Source: Acidobacteriota bacterium (GTDB taxonomy: Bacteria; Acidobacteriota; CAIWXX01). Taken from it: a stretch of 64,000 nucleotides of DNA. The stretch spans positions 128,001-192,000 of the forward strand of contig JBFMAF010000024.1 in the NCBI GenBank assembly GCA_040755995.1, written 5' to 3'. This document shows, piece by piece, positions 59,575 to 64,000 of this stretch. The notes beneath the pieces were generated by a model. That model was not told where the DNA came from, searched no databases, and saw only the letters and a program-made list of their open reading frames with translations. A program made the translations under genes and the position numbers. Positions within the stretch are counted from its first letter, which is position 1; each line of letters opens with the position of its first letter.

Positions 59575-60321
59575 ATGGCGTCGTTTGAAGTGATAGTCCT
59601 GGGAGTCGGAGATGTATTCTCCGAGATCAACCATCCCAGCTCACTGCTTCTCCATTGCGACGGCTTCTACCTCGCGATTGATTGCCCCGACACGTACCGG
59701 TCGGTTCTCCATGGGGCGTCGTCAAGCGCCGGCAGGGCGATCGACGTCGCGTCGATCGATCACGTCCTCATCACGCACGTTCACGGCGACCACATGAACG
59801 GCCTGGAGGGATTCGCGTTCTACAAGCACTTCGTCGAGGGCAAGCACCTGTCATTGTACACGACGCCCGAAGTGCGATCTGTGATCTGGGGGGAACGGCT
59901 TCGTGTCTCCATGGGGAAACTGTGGGACGGCGAGCGGCACCGGACGATGGAATTCGACGACTACTTCGACTACCACCCGCTCGACTGGACACACAAAGTC
60001 GCTATCGGGCCGTTCGCAGTCTCGATCCATCCGACCGTCCATCACGTGCCGACCATCGGGCTGCTCGTCGAATGCATGGGCCGCAGGCTGGGCTACTCGA
60101 GCGACACCGCATTCGACCCGCAGCTCATCTCATTCCTGTCCGCTGCCGACCTGATCATCCACGAGACAAACTACGGTCCCGCCCATACGGCGCTCTTCGA
60201 TCTGGAGAGCCTCCCCGATCACCTGCAGAAGAACATGCGCCTCATCCATGTCCCGGACGAGCTGGCTTCGGTCGCAACGTCGATCCGCACACTGCACGAG
60301 GGTGAAGTGCTGCGCGTGTGA
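59575..60321 (+). CDS. Metallo-beta-lactamase-fold hydrolase (RNase Z-like)
   Basis: LGVGD.F, IDCP, THVHGDH, YSSDT, IHE and H. GGAGG RBS. Confidence 0.88.
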   Translation: MASFEVIVLGVGDVFSEINHPSSLLLHCDGFYLAIDCPDTYRSVLHGASSSAGRAIDVASIDHVLITHVHGDHMNGLEGFAFYKHFVEGKHLSLYTTPEVRSVIWGERLRVSMGKLWDGERHRTMEFDDYFDYHPLDWTHKVAIGPFAVSIHPTVHHVPTIGLLVECMGRRLGYSSDTAFDPQLISFLSAADLIIHETNYGPAHTALFDLESLPDHLQKNMRLIHVPDELASVATSIRTLHEGEVLRV

Positions 60322-60902
60322 ACGCAAAGCGCACTGGTGCTCCAGGCAGGGCGCACACAACAACGTGCCCCTACTCTCGATCATCCTTGATCTTCTCGGC
60401 CAGCTGAGCCAGGAAGACGGCCCTCGCGATTCCGGGGCCGAGAGCCCAGGGCGGCAGGCCTTCTCGATTGTTGACATCGGCCTTCGGAGGGCTGTATTCT
60501 CTCGCCGTTCTCGTCCAGCATGGGGGGTTGCTGTGACAGGTGGATCGCCTGAGATTGGGATTTCGACAGCCCTGTCGTCGGCGGGGGATCCTCTGTGCCT
60601 GCTCCGTGATTTGACAGCGCGACCGATTCCCCCCCCCTCAGAGTAGGAATTTCCCCCCGCGCGAGTCTCGGGAGTCGGGACTCCCATGGCTGCTCGCTGG
60701 GAATCGGATGGCAAGAACTCGATGGTGTCTGACTGCTTCCGTGCGCATTGCGGGGGAGGGCGACTCGATATGATCTGCTGCACCGAGACCGCAGGAACCT
60801 TGGATCGACACCAAGATTCTGGTGTAGGACCGCCAAGATCTTTTCATTCTCGCGACACTGTTAAAGGTGAGAGTCTGATTTATGTCTGAAAAGGGGGCAG
60901 TG

Positions 60903-63900
60903 ATGGCTCATCGGTTTCGTGCGTTGTGCGTTCCTGGGAGGATCGCAATCGTTCTCGGGGTCGTGGCTGCGCTTGTTGGGTGCCTCGTCGGCGGGCGCCA
61001 CTATCTATCACGCGCCCCTGTAGGATTGGGCCCGGCTGGCGACTCGCAGCCCACAGAGACCTTCCCGCCCGGATGGTATTCGATCGAGATCACTGATGCT
61101 CATTGGTCGAGCGAATGGTTCTCGCCGCCAGCCACATCCACGTTCGTATCTACGGTGAAGGTCACCACCCAGCGCGGATTCATGTTCGTCGTGATGGGGA
61201 ATCTCAAGATCACCGACGGGCAAGGGAATACCTTGAGGTCGTGGATGGCCATCAAGAGACTGAAATGCAGCAAGCACAGGGAGGACAGCGACCGTCTCAA
61301 CGATCACGAGGGCACGGCGGTTTTCGAGTGGGAATGGAACGGGACTCCGCATGGCTCCAGCCAGGTCGTAGCGGATGGCCCATATCGGTGGGAGTTTACC
61401 GCGCGATTCCGCGCCAAGACGGATCGGGACAGCGGCACGGTCTGGGTAGACCGGACCGCCCCGTCGATCACGATAGAGCAGCCGCAAGGCGAGGTCACCG
61501 GCGACTCGGTGCCCGTCTCCATCCGATGGGCCGACAGCTCGGCGGGGATCCATGTTTCTACAGCTGTAGTAGAAGTCGACGGGTCCCCTGTCTCGGGCCT
61601 GGCGATCGGCGAGTCCGGCGCCAGCGGGACGGTCGACGATGTGACCGAGGGTGGGCACAGTCTGACCGCATCGGTCGAGGACCGCGCAGGCAATGAGGCG
61701 TCGGCATCTTCGTCGTTCGATGTGATCCTCGATGGCCCGCCCGAGCAGAAGACGTGCATCGTAGGCACCGTCGCAGACTCGAACGGCCGTGAGCTCTCAG
61801 GGGTCGAGGTGACGAGCCCCGGCTCATCCTCACCGGCAACAACGGATGCCGACGGCTGGTTCCTGATCGAGATGACCTCTGCCGGCGGGCACTGGCTCAC
61901 CTTCGACAAGGACGGCTACATCCCGGTCCAGCGCTGGGCCGAAGTGACCGAAAGTCAGCACTACAACATCGGCGAAGTTCGCATGGTGGCCGAAGACCCG
62001 CTCGTCACAACGATCGGCCCGGAAGGCGGCACGGTCCGGGATTCCAGCGGTGATGTCGAGCTGGAGATTCCCCCTGGCGCGCTCTCGCAGTCCGTCGAGA
62101 TTCGCATGACCCACATCCCGAGTGACAAGGAGCTTCCCGGCCCGCTCAACGCCTCTGAGAACCTTCAGTACCCGATTGACTACATGCTCTGCGTCGCGAT
62201 CGAGCCGGCGGGCCTGTCCTTCGGCGTCCCCGCGACCTTACGCTACCCGAACAAGTGGGGATTCCGAGCGGGGGAGTCGGTCCCGACGGCGATTTGGGAC
62301 ATGGCTTCGAACCGCTGGGTGCCTGATGGCGGCCACATGACCGTGAGCGCTGACGCGTCGAAGTTCGAAAAGACGCTCTCATCTCTCGCCGTAGCTCGAA
62401 GCTCACAGGCACGCGCGAGCGGCACCAGGACAGCCTCGCGACTCTACTTTCTCGACTGCAACGCATCCACATGGGGACCTACTGACCCAGGTAGCACCGA
62501 TCGGGATCCGGATGACAAGGAGTGCACTCCGAGCAACTCGAGCCTCACGATCTCCGATTCGGGCTACCGGAAGTCGGTCTCGCTCCCGGCGGTCTCCGCC
62601 CCGGGCGGCCGCCAGACCTTGAGTTTCAGCTACAAGAGCGATACAGCCTGCCCGTCTGCTTTCATCAACCACCTTCAGTACTTCGGCGTCGACGACATGG
62701 GATCCATCCACAATTGGAGCTACGAGGTCGAGGTCAACGGAGCGCGCAAGGAGGTGACGTTCTCGCCACCGGCTGCGCCGTCCCGTCTGCTGTTCTTCTG
62801 GGATGGGCGTAATGCGGTCGACTCGCTTTCGCCCACAGGGCTCTACACCTCGACCGCGATCTCGACGGTGCGTTTCGAATCCCCCTATTACACGAGTCAG
62901 GCGACCTGGGGAGGTGCGCCAACCGGAATGACCTCGGGGCTTAGTCCTCGGCCTGCTGAGAAGCGGAGGATTGTGAAGGAGCCCATCGCCCTGGTCAACG
63001 AGGTCGATAGCCCCTGCGGCGCTGGCTGGAGCCTGTCGGGGATACGCCGGCTCCATCCGCAACCCGACGGTAGGATCCTGGAGGTCGATGGCGGCGACGC
63101 GGGCACGGTCTACTACCCGTACAACAACTTCGCGAGGCTCACCGAAGGCGCCTCGATTACGGGAGTCGTTCAGGGCAACCACGTCGGCGATCCGCGGAAC
63201 ATGCTTGGGTATCACGGCGCCACCCGGACGGGGTCAGAGGACATCGACTACAGTGACGGTTTTGCATTTGACTACAACGAGTTCCAGGACTGGGACTGGG
63301 TTGTGGTTGACCTGGGACAGGTGAGACAGATACATACGATCGGCCTCTCCTTTCATCCGATCGAAACCGGGCGGAACCCGGTCCTGGGTGGACCCGTGAT
63401 TAAGATTTATGTCTCCCCCGATGGTGCTGACTGGACTCTTTGGTCTCAGATCTCGGAGGACGTAATCGATGGGATGACGGCCGCGAAGCTGACCTCTCCA
63501 TACCTGGTCGGCAATGGCGCGGATCAACCGGTCCGCTTCGTGAAGTACATGATGTATGCACCGTACATCGTCTCTCCGATCAGGAACTACGTAAACGAGG
63601 TGTATCGTCTCTATGCATTTGGCTCGTCGGATCGATACGGTACGGGCGAGAACGGCCAGGACGAGGACTACCCGAAATTGAACAAGCTTGAACCAGGCGG
63701 GTGGAAGCAGACCGAGCGCGACGGAACGCGCTACGTATATGACAGCAAGGGGCTGCTGCAGTCCGTAGCCGATATCTACGGAGTGGCGACAACCTACACC
63801 TGGACGGCCGATGGCCTGTTGACGGAAATCACGGACGCCGCGGGCGGAGTCACAAGACTCGACTACGCCAACGGCAAGCTTCGCGAGGTTACCGACGTAG

Positions 63901-64000
63901 CGGGGCGGCGGACCTCCTTTACGGTGGACTCCAACGGCGACCTCACCCAGGTGATCATGCCCGATGGGAGCACCACAAGGCTCAGCTACGACGGCCGGCA
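60903..64000 (+). CDS. Teneurin-like YD/RHS-repeat protein, 3'-truncated by window edge (absent from ORF track)
   Basis: Manual translation is open from ATG 60903 to the end. Order: hydrophobic N-terminus, FlgD/Ig-like, Ig (DRTAP...EDRAGN), carboxypeptidase-regulatory-like (TDADGWF...FDKDGYIPVQR), ZU5-like (GPEGG...IPPGAL), FN-plug-like (FFWDGRN, GAGWSLSG), discoidin-like, then YD repeats. Confidence 0.85.
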   Translation, partial: MAHRFRALCVPGRIAIVLGVVAALVGCLVGGRHYLSRAPVGLGPAGDSQPTETFPPGWYSIEITDAHWSSEWFSPPATSTFVSTVKVTTQRGFMFVVMGNLKITDGQGNTLRSWMAIKRLKCSKHREDSDRLNDHEGTAVFEWEWNGTPHGSSQVVADGPYRWEFTARFRAKTDRDSGTVWVDRTAPSITIEQPQGEVTGDSVPVSIRWADSSAGIHVSTAVVEVDGSPVSGLAIGESGASGTVDDVTEGGHSLTASVEDRAGNEASASSSFDVILDGPPEQKTCIVGTVADSNGRELSGVEVTSPGSSSPATTDADGWFLIEMTSAGGHWLTFDKDGYIPVQRWAEVTESQHYNIGEVRMVAEDPLVTTIGPEGGTVRDSSGDVELEIPPGALSQSVEIRMTHIPSDKELPGPLNASENLQYPIDYMLCVAIEPAGLSFGVPATLRYPNKWGFRAGESVPTAIWDMASNRWVPDGGHMTVSADASKFEKTLSSLAVARSSQARASGTRTASRLYFLDCNASTWGPTDPGSTDRDPDDKECTPSNSSLTISDSGYRKSVSLPAVSAPGGRQTLSFSYKSDTACPSAFINHLQYFGVDDMGSIHNWSYEVEVNGARKEVTFSPPAAPSRLLFFWDGRNAVDSLSPTGLYTSTAISTVRFESPYYTSQATWGGAPTGMTSGLSPRPAEKRRIVKEPIALVNEVDSPCGAGWSLSGIRRLHPQPDGRILEVDGGDAGTVYYPYNNFARLTEGASITGVVQGNHVGDPRNMLGYHGATRTGSEDIDYSDGFAFDYNEFQDWDWVVVDLGQVRQIHTIGLSFHPIETGRNPVLGGPVIKIYVSPDGADWTLWSQISEDVIDGMTAAKLTSPYLVGNGADQPVRFVKYMMYAPYIVSPIRNYVNEVYRLYAFGSSDRYGTGENGQDEDYPKLNKLEPGGWKQTERDGTRYVYDSKGLLQSVADIYGVATTYTWTADGLLTEITDAAGGVTRLDYANGKLREVTDVAGRRTSFTVDSNGDLTQVIMPDGSTTRLSYDGR

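Noticed and set aside
1..64000. CRISPR array, rRNA, tRNA, prophage or intact transposase
   Set aside because: No regularly spaced 25-40-nt direct repeats, RNA-gene signatures, phage structural genes or complete DDE/tyrosine recombinase were seen by eye.

Overview
GC-rich bacterial chromosomal segment. The VWA, BNR/VPS10 and sulfatase-like gene content suggests Acidobacteriota, but this is inference. Housekeeping genes: cstA, hemB, hypAB, pyrR-pyrB-pyrC, heptose kinase, batABC, alaS, an OPT transporter and an M19 dipeptidase. Signalling genes are dense: two PP2C/SpoIIE phosphatases, a STAS protein, a propeller-GGDEF, an FHA-GAF adenylate cyclase, an HD-GYP, a PAS/GAF hybrid kinase, an orphan OmpR regulator and a Ser/Thr kinase. 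The most unusual items are: (1) a basic protein of about 10 tandem 34-aa C-x2-C-x16-C-x2-C-Y zinc-finger repeats, coupled to the Ser/Thr kinase and ending in an IS21-like remnant; (2) a teneurin-like YD-repeat protein missed by the ORF track (60903 to the window end), with a discoidin-like domain where the NHL propeller normally sits; (3) a CCCGGG-type m4C restriction-modification cassette whose XcyI-like nuclease appears inactivated by an internal deletion at a CTGCAG junction; (4) several families of short intergenic repeats. No rRNA, tRNA or CRISPR array was seen. Family names come from motif recognition only; no database search was run.
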